Positions 29,332-39,763 of a stretch of DNA of 64,000 nucleotides are shown here, piece after piece. The notes beneath the pieces were generated by a model. That model was given only the letters and a program-made list of their open reading frames with translations, did no database searches and was not told the origin of the DNA. The stretch comes from an uncultured Opitutaceae bacterium (lineage in GTDB: Bacteria > Verrucomicrobiota > Verrucomicrobiia > Opitutales > Opitutaceae). A program made the position numbers and the translations under genes. The stretch is taken from contig CBRAFO010000007.1 of assembly GCA_967755175.1 (NCBI GenBank), forward strand, positions 5,633 to 69,632, given 5' to 3'. How positions within the stretch are numbered: the stretch's first letter is position 1; every line of letters starts with the position of its first letter.

Positions 29332-31710
29332 ATGAACTACGTCGTGCCTTTGAAACACACCGGGAAAACCTTCGCGTTTGCCGCGATTGCGAGCCTCGCG
29401 ACGCGGCTGCTCCTGCTCTCGCCGGCCATCGGTGCGCCCACGATCGTGAACGTGGATGGCAACGGCCCGTCCCGAGCCTTCTACGGCATCGGCCTGGTGA
29501 ATTCCAGCGGCACGTCGAAACTGCTCCAGGATTATCCCGCCGACCAGCAAAGCGACATCCTCGATCTTTTGTTTAAGCCCAAATTCGGAGCCAGTTTGCA
29601 GCTGGTGAAAAACGAAATCGGGGCGGACAGCAATTCGTCCAGCGGCACCGAGCCCTCCCACTGGCGGAATCCGTCCGACACGCCCGCCGCGCGGGGGGTC
29701 AACTTCTGGATAGCCCGCCAAGCCAAAGCGAGAAACCCCGCCATGCAGTTCGCAGCGTTGCGCTGGGCGACTCCCGCCTGGGTCAAGGATGACGCAGCCA
29801 AGAGCAAGTATCTGACCTCGTTTCTCGATCTGATGTCGGCCAACGGAACCCCCGTGGATTTCATCGGACCCGGCATCAATGAAGACGACTACACGGCGCC
29901 GCTGGGGACCTTCATCAAAAACACCTTCAAGCCGGCCCTCGATGCGGGAGGTTACACGTCGAAGATCGTCATCGCGGATGACGTTAAGAAGCTGTGGGGC
30001 CCCGCACCGGCGGTGAACGAGGACCCGGCGCTAAAGGCTGCCATTTTCGCCCTGTCCGCGCACTACACCGACACAAGCAGCGAGGCCGCAAAAAGCTCCG
30101 GCATCCCTCTTTTCAACGCCGAAAGCGACACCGGCATGATGGACTGGACCCGAGGCATCTGGGTTGCCCGGCGCATCGCCACCGCCCTGTCCACCGGCAA
30201 ACAATCCATGTGGCTCTTTCAGCCGGCGTTGGACTGCGTGTATGAAAACATCCGGTTTCAGCGCAAAGGCATCCTCACCGCGAATGCTCCCTGGTCCGGC
30301 CACTACGAGGTTCATCCGGACGTGTGGCTCACCGCCCAGTTCACGCAATTCACGGACGTCGGTTGGCGCATCTTGGACACCGGCTCCGGCGCCAGCGATG
30401 GCAACAACGCCTACGTCACGTTCAAAGACCCGCGCTCCGGCGCTTACAGCATCGTCATCGTCAATGGCGGCTCCCGCGACGCGGCCTACACTTTCAACAC
30501 CGCGAATGTGTCGGACGCCGCGCTCCACGTCTGGACCACCGACGAGCAGGCGCAGTTTGTGCAAAAGCCCTCCATCACCCCGCGGCAACGCACGTTCAAC
30601 GTCACGGTGCCCGCCCGATCCGTTTACTCGCTGACCACCACGGAAGGGCAGCAAAAGGGGCAACCCGCCCGCGCCATTCCCGCACCCAAACACCTCGCGT
30701 TGCCCTACACCGATGACTTTTCCACCGGCTATGTGGACGGCGACCAGCCGAGATATTTTCACGACCAGAACGGAGCATTCGAAATCGTTGACGACAGCGC
30801 AGGCGGCCGGGTGTTGAAACAGGTGATCACGACCCTGCCGAGCGGTTGGTGGAAGGGAAACAACCAGCCGCCGTTCACGGTCATGGGCGGACTGGAGTTC
30901 GCCAATTACTCGGTGGGCACCGACGTGAAAATCCCCGACGCCTCCGCATCTGCGGGCGTGGCCGCGCGCGTCAGCCAGATCGACCCGATGGGCACCGCCC
31001 GCACGCAGCCCGAGGGGTATTTACTCTGGCTCGACGGCTCGGGTCGTTGGGTCCTGCAAAGATCAACCGACGCCACCGTCACGGTCCTGTCCTCCGGCGC
31101 GCTCGCCGGTTACGACAACAGCCGCTGGTATCACCTCAAGCTCGTCGTTAATGGCCAGACCATCGCAGGCCACATCGACGGCGCACAGCTGGCGTCGGTC
31201 ACCGACGACACGTTCTCCTCGGGAAACATCGCCCTGGTGACCGATACCACCGACAAAAACGCGTGGCCGAACGTCCTGTTTAAAAACCTCCGCATCGAGG
31301 CGACCGACCCCGCGACCCCGGCCTTTGTGGAGCAGAGGGACGACGAAGACCGCTCGGTCTTCTCGTATTCCAAGGAGGGCTGGAAACATGCCGGTGGCAT
31401 CAACGCCAGCCAAACCAACTTCAAGAGAACCCGCAGCATTGCGGAGAAAGCCGGAGCGACCTTGGAGTTTTCCTTCAGCGGCCCCCAAGTGAGCCTCGTC
31501 GGCGTGAAGAACAAGGGCGGCGGAAAAGCCGACGTGTATATCGATGATGTTCGGCACGCCACGATCGATACCGCTTCGCCTGTGGCCCAAAACAGGACCG
31601 CGCTGTTCAGCGCTTACGGACTGAAGCCGGGCCGTCATACATTCCGCCTCGTCGTCAACTCAGGCCCCCTCACGGTCGATCTGGCCGAAGCCCAAGGATT
31701 CAACCGCTAA
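29332..31710 (+). CDS. GH59 galactocerebrosidase-like enzyme with extra C-terminal beta-domains
   Basis: SKLLQDYP..ILDLLFKPKFGASLQLVKNEIGAD.NSSSGTEPSH; AQFTQF..GWR.L; N-terminal signal. Confidence 0.85.
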   Translation: MNYVVPLKHTGKTFAFAAIASLATRLLLLSPAIGAPTIVNVDGNGPSRAFYGIGLVNSSGTSKLLQDYPADQQSDILDLLFKPKFGASLQLVKNEIGADSNSSSGTEPSHWRNPSDTPAARGVNFWIARQAKARNPAMQFAALRWATPAWVKDDAAKSKYLTSFLDLMSANGTPVDFIGPGINEDDYTAPLGTFIKNTFKPALDAGGYTSKIVIADDVKKLWGPAPAVNEDPALKAAIFALSAHYTDTSSEAAKSSGIPLFNAESDTGMMDWTRGIWVARRIATALSTGKQSMWLFQPALDCVYENIRFQRKGILTANAPWSGHYEVHPDVWLTAQFTQFTDVGWRILDTGSGASDGNNAYVTFKDPRSGAYSIVIVNGGSRDAAYTFNTANVSDAALHVWTTDEQAQFVQKPSITPRQRTFNVTVPARSVYSLTTTEGQQKGQPARAIPAPKHLALPYTDDFSTGYVDGDQPRYFHDQNGAFEIVDDSAGGRVLKQVITTLPSGWWKGNNQPPFTVMGGLEFANYSVGTDVKIPDASASAGVAARVSQIDPMGTARTQPEGYLLWLDGSGRWVLQRSTDATVTVLSSGALAGYDNSRWYHLKLVVNGQTIAGHIDGAQLASVTDDTFSSGNIALVTDTTDKNAWPNVLFKNLRIEATDPATPAFVEQRDDEDRSVFSYSKEGWKHAGGINASQTNFKRTRSIAEKAGATLEFSFSGPQVSLVGVKNKGGGKADVYIDDVRHATIDTASPVAQNRTALFSAYGLKPGRHTFRLVVNSGPLTVDLAEAQGFNR

Positions 31711-31783
31711 ATCGCTCGCATGAGCATCCGGCCGGAGCCTCAGGTCGTTCTGATTCCGCACCCAATAATCCCGCCATCAAACT

Positions 31784-31815
31784 CGGCGTGGCGATCAACC
31801 ACGCCGGCTTTTTTT
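31784..31815 (+). terminator. Rho-independent terminator
   Basis: cggcgtgg-cgatcaa-ccacgccg then gc and T7. Confidence 0.75.
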
Positions 31816-31856
31816 CGCGCAACTGAGCCTCACTGCCTGGCAATACCGCTTTCGAA

Positions 31857-33668
31857 ATGCCCCCCACCCGAAAACGCTTGGTCGAAAAATCGCGCACTCC
31901 CTGGTTTGCATTATTCATGTATGCGACCTTCGCGTTGGCCGCGCTGGCCTGCGTGGGCTTCGTCGCCGCCACGATCTATTTCAAGGAGCCGCCCCAGCAA
32001 GTGTGGGCGAGAATCGTGACAACGTTCGAAACCTTGATCGCCGGTGAATCTCCGGTTGCCGCTCCGGCGGTTCCGCCTCCTACGCCGTCCGACCTCGCGC
32101 CGGAGTCTGATCCCGAATTCGTGTCCATGCCGGAGCCCGAACCGATGCCGGAGCCCGTGCCGGAATCTCCGCCGGTGGAAGCCCCGTCCGAGAAGCCGGT
32201 CGCCGCCGTCGATGCATTGGTGTGGCTTGCGCAAAACCGGCATCGCTGGCCTCGCGAGATCGCGCTGCTGGAGCCGGCCGAGTTTACGATTCTTGATGCG
32301 GGCCAAGTCGTCGGCTCGACGACGGTCCCCGCCGGCAGGCGTGTGCGTCTGCTCGCGATCGACTCAGGCATCATCACGATCGGGCAGGGGACGTTGTCAC
32401 GACGCGTGCTGGTGGAAACCACCGATCTGCGCCAGCGAGCCGAGGCCATCATGGCGGCGCCTGCGCCCCAACTTTACTCGATTGCAAAGCCCCAGCCCTC
32501 ATCGACTCCTGCGGCTCCTCCCGTCGTCGCTTCATCAGCGGGGTTCGTGCATCCGGGCATGTTGCACAACGAGGATGACTTCCTGCGGATGCGCAACCAC
32601 CTCGGCCGTGAGCCGTGGAAATCCGGCTGGGAAAGGCTCATCACGAACCGGCATTGTTCGCTGGAATGGAAACCGGCTGCGGTGGAAGTCGTCATCCGCG
32701 GAACGGCACCTTGGCTAAAAGAACCGCAAAATTACGGTCGGTTGTTTCATGACGCAGCCGCGGCCTATGCCTGCGCGCTCCGTTGGAAAGTTTCCGGGGA
32801 TCGCGCCTATGCCGAAAAAGCGATTGAGATTCTCAACGCGTGGTCAGCCGTGCTGAAACGCGTAACCGGCAGCAGCGATGCGGCGCTGGCTGCGGGCCTG
32901 CAAGGCTACCAATTCGCCAATGCGGGCGAAATCATGCGCACTTACAAAGGCTGGAAACCGGCAGAGTTCGAGCGCTTCAAAAAAATGATGTCGGGCGTGT
33001 TTCTCCCGTTCAACTTGGTCTTCCTCAAAGAGCACTTCAAACGAAGCGACGACCATTACTGGGCAAACTGGGACCTGGCGAACATGGCTTCCGTCATGGC
33101 GATCGGAATCCTTTGCGATGACCGGACCACCTACGAAAAGGCGGTGACCTACTTCAAATTCGGGAAGGGCAACGGGGCCATCGAAAATGCCGTTTACTAC
33201 GTTCACCCCGGCAACCTGGGCCAATGGCAGGAGTCTGGGCGTGACCAAGGGCATACCACCATGGGCGTTCCCATCATGGCCACCATTTGTGAAATGGCCT
33301 GGAAGCAGGGCGATGACCTTTATGGATACGACAACAACCGGTTCCTCGCCGGCTGCGAATACATCGCCAAATACAACCTCGGTGAAGAGGTCCCCTACAA
33401 AGAATACCGCGGGAGCACCGAGGTCAGTCCCGCCGGACGCGGCATGCTTCGGCCGGGCTGGGAACTGGTTTATAACCATTACGTGATTCGCAAGGGCCTC
33501 TCCGCTCCGTGGTCTATCAAGATGGCGGAAAAAGTTCGCCCCGAGGGTGGCGGAGAGGGACCGAACAGCGGTGGATACGACCAGTTGGGCTATGGCACGT
33601 TGACCGCCACGCTCGATAAGCAGACCACCGCGCCGAAGGCTTTCGGACAACGGAACAGCCAACCGTGA
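31857..33668 (+). CDS. Membrane-anchored alginate-lyase-fold protein
   Basis: N-terminal TM helix, Pro/Glu linker, small beta domain, then FVHPGMLH..D..RM, HYWANWD, QESGRDQGH, RPGWELVYNHY. Confidence 0.85.
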   Translation: MPPTRKRLVEKSRTPWFALFMYATFALAALACVGFVAATIYFKEPPQQVWARIVTTFETLIAGESPVAAPAVPPPTPSDLAPESDPEFVSMPEPEPMPEPVPESPPVEAPSEKPVAAVDALVWLAQNRHRWPREIALLEPAEFTILDAGQVVGSTTVPAGRRVRLLAIDSGIITIGQGTLSRRVLVETTDLRQRAEAIMAAPAPQLYSIAKPQPSSTPAAPPVVASSAGFVHPGMLHNEDDFLRMRNHLGREPWKSGWERLITNRHCSLEWKPAAVEVVIRGTAPWLKEPQNYGRLFHDAAAAYACALRWKVSGDRAYAEKAIEILNAWSAVLKRVTGSSDAALAAGLQGYQFANAGEIMRTYKGWKPAEFERFKKMMSGVFLPFNLVFLKEHFKRSDDHYWANWDLANMASVMAIGILCDDRTTYEKAVTYFKFGKGNGAIENAVYYVHPGNLGQWQESGRDQGHTTMGVPIMATICEMAWKQGDDLYGYDNNRFLAGCEYIAKYNLGEEVPYKEYRGSTEVSPAGRGMLRPGWELVYNHYVIRKGLSAPWSIKMAEKVRPEGGGEGPNSGGYDQLGYGTLTATLDKQTTAPKAFGQRNSQP

Positions 33669-33710
33669 GAAACCCAGCTACAACCGGCATATCTTCCGAC
33701 CACCCCTTTC

Positions 33711-35756
33711 ATGTTAAAGAAAATCATGACTTTTGTTTCGGTTCTGTTCGCCACCTCCGCCGTGGTTGCGGCCCCCGGCGGCTACCTCCTCGTCACCTTC
33801 GGCAGCGAAAAAAGCGCGCCCGACGAGCAGATCTATTTCAACCTCAGTCGCGACGGACGGGCGTGGCAGTCCCTCAGCCCCGCCAAGCCCGTCCTCGTCA
33901 GCGAGATTGGAACCAGAGGTGCGCGTGATCCCTTCCTCGTCCGCTCGCCCGACGGACAAAAGACCTATCTCATCGCCACCGACCTTTCGATCCAGCGGAG
34001 ACCCGGCTGGAGGCGCGCCGTCACCACCGGCAGCCGCTCCATTCTTGTCTGGGAGTCCGCCGACCTCGTGAAGTGGTCCGGGCCCCGCCTCGTCAAGGTC
34101 GCGCCCGATCACGCCGGCTGCACCTGGGCACCCGAGGCGATCTACGACGAGGAAAACGGCGACTACTTCGTTTACTGGGCCTCGACCAACGCCAGCGACG
34201 ACTTCACCAAGCACCGCATCTGGGCCGCCCGCACCAAAGATTTCGTCTCCTTTGGCGAACCCTTCATCTTTCTCGAACGCGACTACCCCGTCATCGATAC
34301 CACCATTGTGCGCGAGAACGGACGCTACTACCGCTTTTCCAAAAACGAGAGCCGACGCACCATCTTCCTCGAAACGAGCGCGAAACTTGCCGGCCTCTGG
34401 ACCGACATCCCCGGCTTCTCCCTTCAAAACGCCGTGGGCTACGAAGGCCCCGCCTGCTACGCGCTTCAACCCAGCGCAGACGGTCGCCCGGGCTCGTGGT
34501 GCCTGCTCGTTGACTACTACGCCAAAAAGAGCGGCTACACGGCTTTCGTTACCCACGACCTCGCCGGCGGCAAATTCGAGCCTGCCCCCGACGTCACGTT
34601 CTCGGTCAAAACCCCGCATGGCTCCGTGCTCGTGATCACCGAAGAAGAGTTCGCCCGCGTGCAAGCTGCCTATGCGCCGCCACCCACTCCTGCGCCCGCT
34701 CCCGCTCCCGCGTCTGCGTCTGCGCGTGCTCCTGCGCTTACTCCCGTTCCCGTCGTCGCAGCTCCCGTCGTAGCCGCCCCTGCCACCGATCTGCTTTCGT
34801 GGAGCAATCCGATCGTCCCACAGCGCGCCGATCCGCACGTTGCCCTTCAGTCCGACGGCTATTATTACTTCACCGCCACCGTTCCCGAATACGACTGCAT
34901 CGAGCTTCGGCGTGCGCGCAGCCTCAGCGGCCTCGCCACGGCCGTGCCCAAGGTAATCTGGCGCAAACACGTCGACGGTCCTATGAGCGCGAGCATTTGG
35001 GCCCCCGAGCTCCATTTCATCGACGGCAAGTGGTATATCTATTTCTCCGCCGGCGAAGCGGGAAAAAACTGGAAGTCCATCTGCCCCTACGTCCTTGAAG
35101 GCGAGGGTGCCAACCCGCTTGAAGCCCGCTGGACCGAAAAAGGCCGGTTCAAGCTCGGCTGGGAATCCTTCTCCCTCGACGGCACCACGTTTGCCCACCG
35201 CGGAGTGCGCTACTTTGTCTGGACGCAGGTGGAGTTGGGCGTGCAGGGCACCAACATCTACATTTCCCGCATGGACACCCCGTGGTCCATTACCGGCCCG
35301 ATTACCTGCCTGAGCCGGCCCGACCACGAATGGGAACGCCGCGGCCACTGGGTCAACGAGGGCCCCTCCGTGTTCGTGAAAAATGGACGTGTCTGGCTGA
35401 GCTACTCTGCCAGCGCCACCGACGCCAACTACTGCCTCGGCCTCCTCTCCGCCTCCGGAGACTCCGATCTCCTACGCGCGGATTCGTGGGCGAAATCCCC
35501 CGCGCCCGTCTTCCACAGCGACGCCGCCGCGAGCCAGTTCGGCCCGGGTCACAACAGCTTCACCACCACGCCCGACGGAAAGACCGACATCTTCGTGTAT
35601 CACTCGCGTAATTACGAAAAGATCCAGGGCGACCCGCTCAAAAACCACGACCGCGCCACTCGCGCGCAGGTTATCCACTGGCGAGCCGACGGCACGCCGG
35701 ACTTCGGCACCCCCGTGCCCGACGGCGTTTACCGTCCTGATTTATCCAAGTTATGA
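33711..35756 (+). CDS. Two-domain GH43-GH43 fusion
   Basis: Domain 1 GARDPFL/CTWAPE/VIDTT/YEGP; Pro/Ala linker; domain 2 QRADPHV/IWAPE/SLDGT/VNEGP/GPGHNSF (arabinofuranosidase-type). Confidence 0.88.
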   Translation: MLKKIMTFVSVLFATSAVVAAPGGYLLVTFGSEKSAPDEQIYFNLSRDGRAWQSLSPAKPVLVSEIGTRGARDPFLVRSPDGQKTYLIATDLSIQRRPGWRRAVTTGSRSILVWESADLVKWSGPRLVKVAPDHAGCTWAPEAIYDEENGDYFVYWASTNASDDFTKHRIWAARTKDFVSFGEPFIFLERDYPVIDTTIVRENGRYYRFSKNESRRTIFLETSAKLAGLWTDIPGFSLQNAVGYEGPACYALQPSADGRPGSWCLLVDYYAKKSGYTAFVTHDLAGGKFEPAPDVTFSVKTPHGSVLVITEEEFARVQAAYAPPPTPAPAPAPASASARAPALTPVPVVAAPVVAAPATDLLSWSNPIVPQRADPHVALQSDGYYYFTATVPEYDCIELRRARSLSGLATAVPKVIWRKHVDGPMSASIWAPELHFIDGKWYIYFSAGEAGKNWKSICPYVLEGEGANPLEARWTEKGRFKLGWESFSLDGTTFAHRGVRYFVWTQVELGVQGTNIYISRMDTPWSITGPITCLSRPDHEWERRGHWVNEGPSVFVKNGRVWLSYSASATDANYCLGLLSASGDSDLLRADSWAKSPAPVFHSDAAASQFGPGHNSFTTTPDGKTDIFVYHSRNYEKIQGDPLKNHDRATRAQVIHWRADGTPDFGTPVPDGVYRPDLSKL

Positions 35757-37219
35757 ACTCCCGCTCCCCTTTCGGAAACCGGCTCGGTGCGATCATCGCC
35801 CTGAGCTTCGCAGTCGGACTTTGCGCCTATTCCGCCCGCGGGGCAGCGGACGCGAAGCCAGGCGGGGTCGCCGTCGGCATCCTTCCGGCCGACAAAGATG
35901 CCCAGCGAGAATTCCCCCACGCCCTCATTCCCGATATGCTCGCAGACCCGAGCATCGTGGACATCGACGGCACCTTCTACTGTTATGCCACCACCGACGG
36001 CATGGGCAAAGGACTCGCCACCTCCGGACTCCCGGTGGTCTGGAAATCCAAGGACTTCCTCAACTGGAGCTTTGAAGGCTCGATTTTCCCGCCCGGCTTT
36101 GACGTCAAATATTGGGCGCCGAGCGCGCCCGTGAAAAAGGACGGCCGCTATTATCTGTTCCCTACGCTCGACAATCGGGTCACCGCCGTCGTGAGCGATT
36201 CGCTGGAGGGGCCCTTTCTCACGTTGGACGGAAAAGAAGTCCGCAAGGGTTCCGGCTGGAGCCAGTTTCCCACCTACTTAAAGCATCCGATCGATGCCGA
36301 AGTTTTCCGCGAAGACGACGGCCAATACTACATGGTGCTTTCGAGGCGCATGATCGCCAAAATGAACCGGGATTTCACCGCGTTCGATGGCGCCCCCATC
36401 GAAATCAAAACGAAACGCGGCGGATATTCGGAAGGCCCCGCCGTGTTTAAACGCAACGGCATCTACTACTACCTCTACACGTTGGGCGGCGGTGATGTTT
36501 ACCAATACGCCTACATGATGAGCCGCAAGTCGGTGCTGGGGCCGTGGGAAGGGCCGGAACAAGACATCATCGCCACCACTGACCATAAGCAGGGGATCTT
36601 CGGCCCCGGACACGGCTGCTTCTTCAATCTCCAGGGTTCGTCGCGTTGGTTCTTCGTTCATCTCGACTACGGCCGCGCCAGCACGAACCGCCAGATCGTG
36701 GCCGTGGAGATGCACTTCAACCCCGATGGCACGATCCAGCCGATCCAACTGTCCCTCCATGGAGTGGGGGCGATCCGCACCGATTCTCACTACGACCATC
36801 CCAACCTCGCGCTGGGTGCCACCGCGACCGCTTCCTCCACTCTGGCCGATTTCCGCGTTCCGCCCGGCGCCGATCCGACACTGAACCGGATTGAAATCTT
36901 CTCGCCCGCTAACGCACTGGATGGCTCGAACGGCAGCCGCTGGATGGCCAGCGAGACCGACACCAAAGCCTGGTATCAGCTCGACCTCGGCAAGGTCTGC
37001 AAGGTCGAGCGAACCGAACTCTATTTCGTCAAACCCACCGTCGGTCACGCCTATCGCCTCGAATCATCCATCGACGGGAAAACCTGGAACCCCTGCGGCG
37101 GCCACGAAGACATCAACGTGAAGTCCCCGCACACCGATACCGCGATCGGTCAAGCGCGCTACCTGAAGCTTACGTTGCTCCAAGGCACGCCGGGTCTCTG
37201 GGAGTTCCGCGTCTATTGA
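35753..37219 (+). CDS. GH43 with C-terminal F5/8 type C (CBM32-like) domain
   Basis: LADPSI, WAPS, PIDAEVF, SEGP, GPGHG; NLALG..A.ASS..NALDGSNGSRW..WYQLDLG. Confidence 0.85.
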   Translation: MNSRSPFGNRLGAIIALSFAVGLCAYSARGAADAKPGGVAVGILPADKDAQREFPHALIPDMLADPSIVDIDGTFYCYATTDGMGKGLATSGLPVVWKSKDFLNWSFEGSIFPPGFDVKYWAPSAPVKKDGRYYLFPTLDNRVTAVVSDSLEGPFLTLDGKEVRKGSGWSQFPTYLKHPIDAEVFREDDGQYYMVLSRRMIAKMNRDFTAFDGAPIEIKTKRGGYSEGPAVFKRNGIYYYLYTLGGGDVYQYAYMMSRKSVLGPWEGPEQDIIATTDHKQGIFGPGHGCFFNLQGSSRWFFVHLDYGRASTNRQIVAVEMHFNPDGTIQPIQLSLHGVGAIRTDSHYDHPNLALGATATASSTLADFRVPPGADPTLNRIEIFSPANALDGSNGSRWMASETDTKAWYQLDLGKVCKVERTELYFVKPTVGHAYRLESSIDGKTWNPCGGHEDINVKSPHTDTAIGQARYLKLTLLQGTPGLWEFRVY

Positions 37220-37268
37220 TGCGCCTGCCCCTGACAAAAAATAAATGGCAGGTTCTGCGGCCGGATTC

Positions 37269-37292
37269 CGCTCCTTAGTAAGGAGCGCTTTT
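37269..37292 (+). terminator. Terminator-like hairpin
   Basis: cgctcctt-agt-aaggagcg then ctttt. Confidence 0.45.
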
Positions 37293-37329
37293 GCGTTATG
37301 CGATCTACTCATTTCCCAATCCCACTTCC

Positions 37330-38744
37330 ATGAACCCACACCTCACCAAGCTCCGAATCAGTCGTCTTGCGCTTGGCTTGGCGCTCCTCACCACGGGTGC
37401 AGCGGCCGCGCCCACCGGTCTCGATCCCGCCGGCCAGCTTCAGCTCGCCAGTGAACTCGCCTCCGCCAAGCCGGAGTCCTTCGCTTTCACCCAGCTCCAA
37501 AACGGCGTCCAGTTGCGCCTCGGCGAGGTGGTCAAAAACGTCCTCTTCTACGGGCCCGACATCGTGCGCGTGAACGCCAGCTTGGGCCAGACCTACACGA
37601 AGCAGCCCAGCCTCGTCGTCGTTCTCACGCCGTCGGCCGTGCCGCTCAAACTTGCTGATTCACCCGCAAGCCTCGAAATCTCCACCGCCAGTCTGCGCGT
37701 GGTGGCTGATAAAAAAACTGGCGCGCCCACCTTCCTCCGTGCCGACGGCACGATCATCACCCGCGAGCGCGCCGACCGTCCCGCTGAGATCAAGCAGGTG
37801 ACCATTTCCGACGCGCCCACCTATAACGTGAAGCAAACCTTCACACTCACGCCCGACGAATCGCTCTACGGCCTCGGCCAATACAACCAACGCTACACCG
37901 ACTACTGCGGCCAGGAAGTCCTCATGGTCCAGACCAACATCGGCATCGTCGTGCCGCTCCTCGTCTCGACCAAGCGCTACGGCATCATGTGGGACATCTA
38001 TTCCAAGAGCATCTTCAAGGACGACGCCAACGGAGCTTCGTTCTGGGCCGAGAGCGCTCCCGCCGGCGTCGATTATTACTTCATTGCTGGCCAGATGATG
38101 GACGGCGTCATCGCCGGTTATCGCCAGCTCACCGGCGCCGCACCCATGTTCCCCTAGTCCGCCTTCGGACTCTGGATGAGCAAGGAGCGTTACAAGACGC
38201 AGGCCTGCGTCTCGCATGGAAGACACCCGATCTGCTCTCCGTTGCCAGCGCCTCGGTCAACGACACCGTCGAGACCCAACTGCCCACCGGCGCCGATTGG
38301 TATGATTTCTGGACCAACGAACGCTTCACCGGCGGCCGGAAAGTCGCGAAGGCCTGCCCGTTGGACGTCTTCCCGTTGTATGTGCGCGCGGGCTCCATCC
38401 TCCCGATGAGCCCCGTGATGAACTACGTTACCGAGAAGCCGGATGCGCCCTACGAACTCCGCGTTTATCCTGGAGCCAACTCCACGTTCACGATCTACGA
38501 AGACGACAACGAGACTTACAACTACGAGAAGGGTGCCTACGCCACGATTCCCGTCCGCTGGAACGAGCAAACCCGCACGCTCACCATCGGCGCACGCAAA
38601 GGATCGTTCCCCGGCCTGGTGAACGCGCGCCAACTTCACGTCGTGCTCGCCGGCTCTGGGCAGGCCCAGGGCATCGGTGAAGCCGCGCCTGCCGCCGGTC
38701 AAACCGTCCGCTACACCGGTGATGAAATCACGCTGAAGTTCTGA
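37330..38744 (+). pseudogene. GH31 alpha-xylosidase-like pseudogene (nonsense codon plus large internal deletion)
   Basis: N-domains intact to APMFP, then TAG at 38155-38157 and in-frame SAFGLWMSKERYKTQ; at ~38202 it jumps frame to the C-terminal LPTGADWYDFW..PLYVRAGSI..YEDDNETYNYEKG; catalytic barrel absent. Confidence 0.85.
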
Positions 38745-38833
38745 TCCCTTCTGAAAAAGACGGCCATCGGGGGAGCACGATCCACGACTTGAAATCCGCG
38801 TTAGTTCGTCACGTTTCGGGGCCGCCTGCGGCC

Positions 38834-38851
38834 CGTTATGGCCACATAACG
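38834..38851. repeat. Inverted repeat CGTTATG-gcca-CATAACG
   Basis: Perfect 7-bp arms; the same CATAACGAC core recurs at 39273 and 39318. Confidence 0.5.
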
Positions 38852-39267
38852 ACATTTCAGTGGAAGTTAGATGGGGTAGTCGCCGCCTGATGCGCTCGAT
38901 GACAAGCCGCTGAGTGGTGTTTTCAGGCGTCGGTCTGAAAGCTACGCCGGCGGCGAACACCGCTTTCAGCAGCATTGCCATCGGCACTAGGTGACATGGT
39001 GAAAGTGTGAGGGTGGCTCCGAGGTCCCAAGACCTGGTCGCGTGTGATGATGAATCTGACCCGATCATGCTCTTTTGAGGGGCCGTTTCTTACAAAGAAG
39101 AATTTTTGAAGCCAGTGATGTAAGAATCGGCTCATGTGTTTTTGTCCGCCTGCACTGGTGGATCTGTAGATTTATTTCATATGTAACGATACATAAGTAG
39201 CTAACTCAGCGGATATCAGGGGTGGCGCACTGGTGAATTTAGCTCTGAACGGGTGTGTAAGACGGTC

Positions 39268-39400
39268 GAAGTCATAACGACAAAACGGCAGCTTTTTTGA
39301 CGCGGCATGGAAGAAGTCATAACGACCGCGGGACGAAGCCATGCCTATCGATTTACACCTGTAAATTTTTGTGAATAAAATGGACGAAGCGATGCCGATC
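39268..39400 (+). repeat. Two direct-repeat pairs in AT-rich spacer
   Basis: GAAGTCATAACGAC at 39268 and 39313 (14/14); GGACGAAGC(C/G)ATGCC(T/G)ATC at 39331 and 39382 (17/19). Confidence 0.6.
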
Positions 39401-39763
39401 ATGGCCCCCAATCCATGACCACGACCCTACATTCCTCTCTTTACGATGGAGTAATGGCAGTTGCATTTTTATTAAAATAACCTTGCGGCGTAATGAAACG
39501 ATTTTGCATGGTATGTATTCGTTGACCTTATATGCGATCATACCCCGCGTTTTCTGTTATTTGTGAAATGCTTACATAGCGTGCTCATTCGTAAGCAGGC
39601 ATATTTACGGCCATAGGAGTCTGGCATCGGCTATGAATATGACCTGCGCCGCCTCCTCACGGGAGGCTTGGTCATCTCGGAAACCGCGCTCCGGAAAACT
39701 CGCGACTCAGTGACCCAAACCCCGACTCGTTCCAGATCCCCCATTCATTTTTTTCACCACCCC

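Noticed and set aside
38155-38157. Amber readthrough (pyrrolysine or recoding) in GH31
   Set aside because: The catalytic domain is deleted downstream anyway, and no pyl genes are seen
39268-39400. Direct repeats as a mini-CRISPR or attC/dif site
   Set aside because: Only two copies of each, too short, no cas genes or integrase, poor fit to attC or dif consensus
38190-39411. Minus-strand ORFs (38190-39068, 38923-39135, 39172-39411) as genes
   Set aside because: No recognisable motifs; the longest is largely antisense to the GH31 remnant; possible degraded fragments that I cannot support
39622-39637. TGGCAT-N5-ATGAA as a sigma54 promoter for lodA
   Set aside because: The essential -12 GC is absent (GA)
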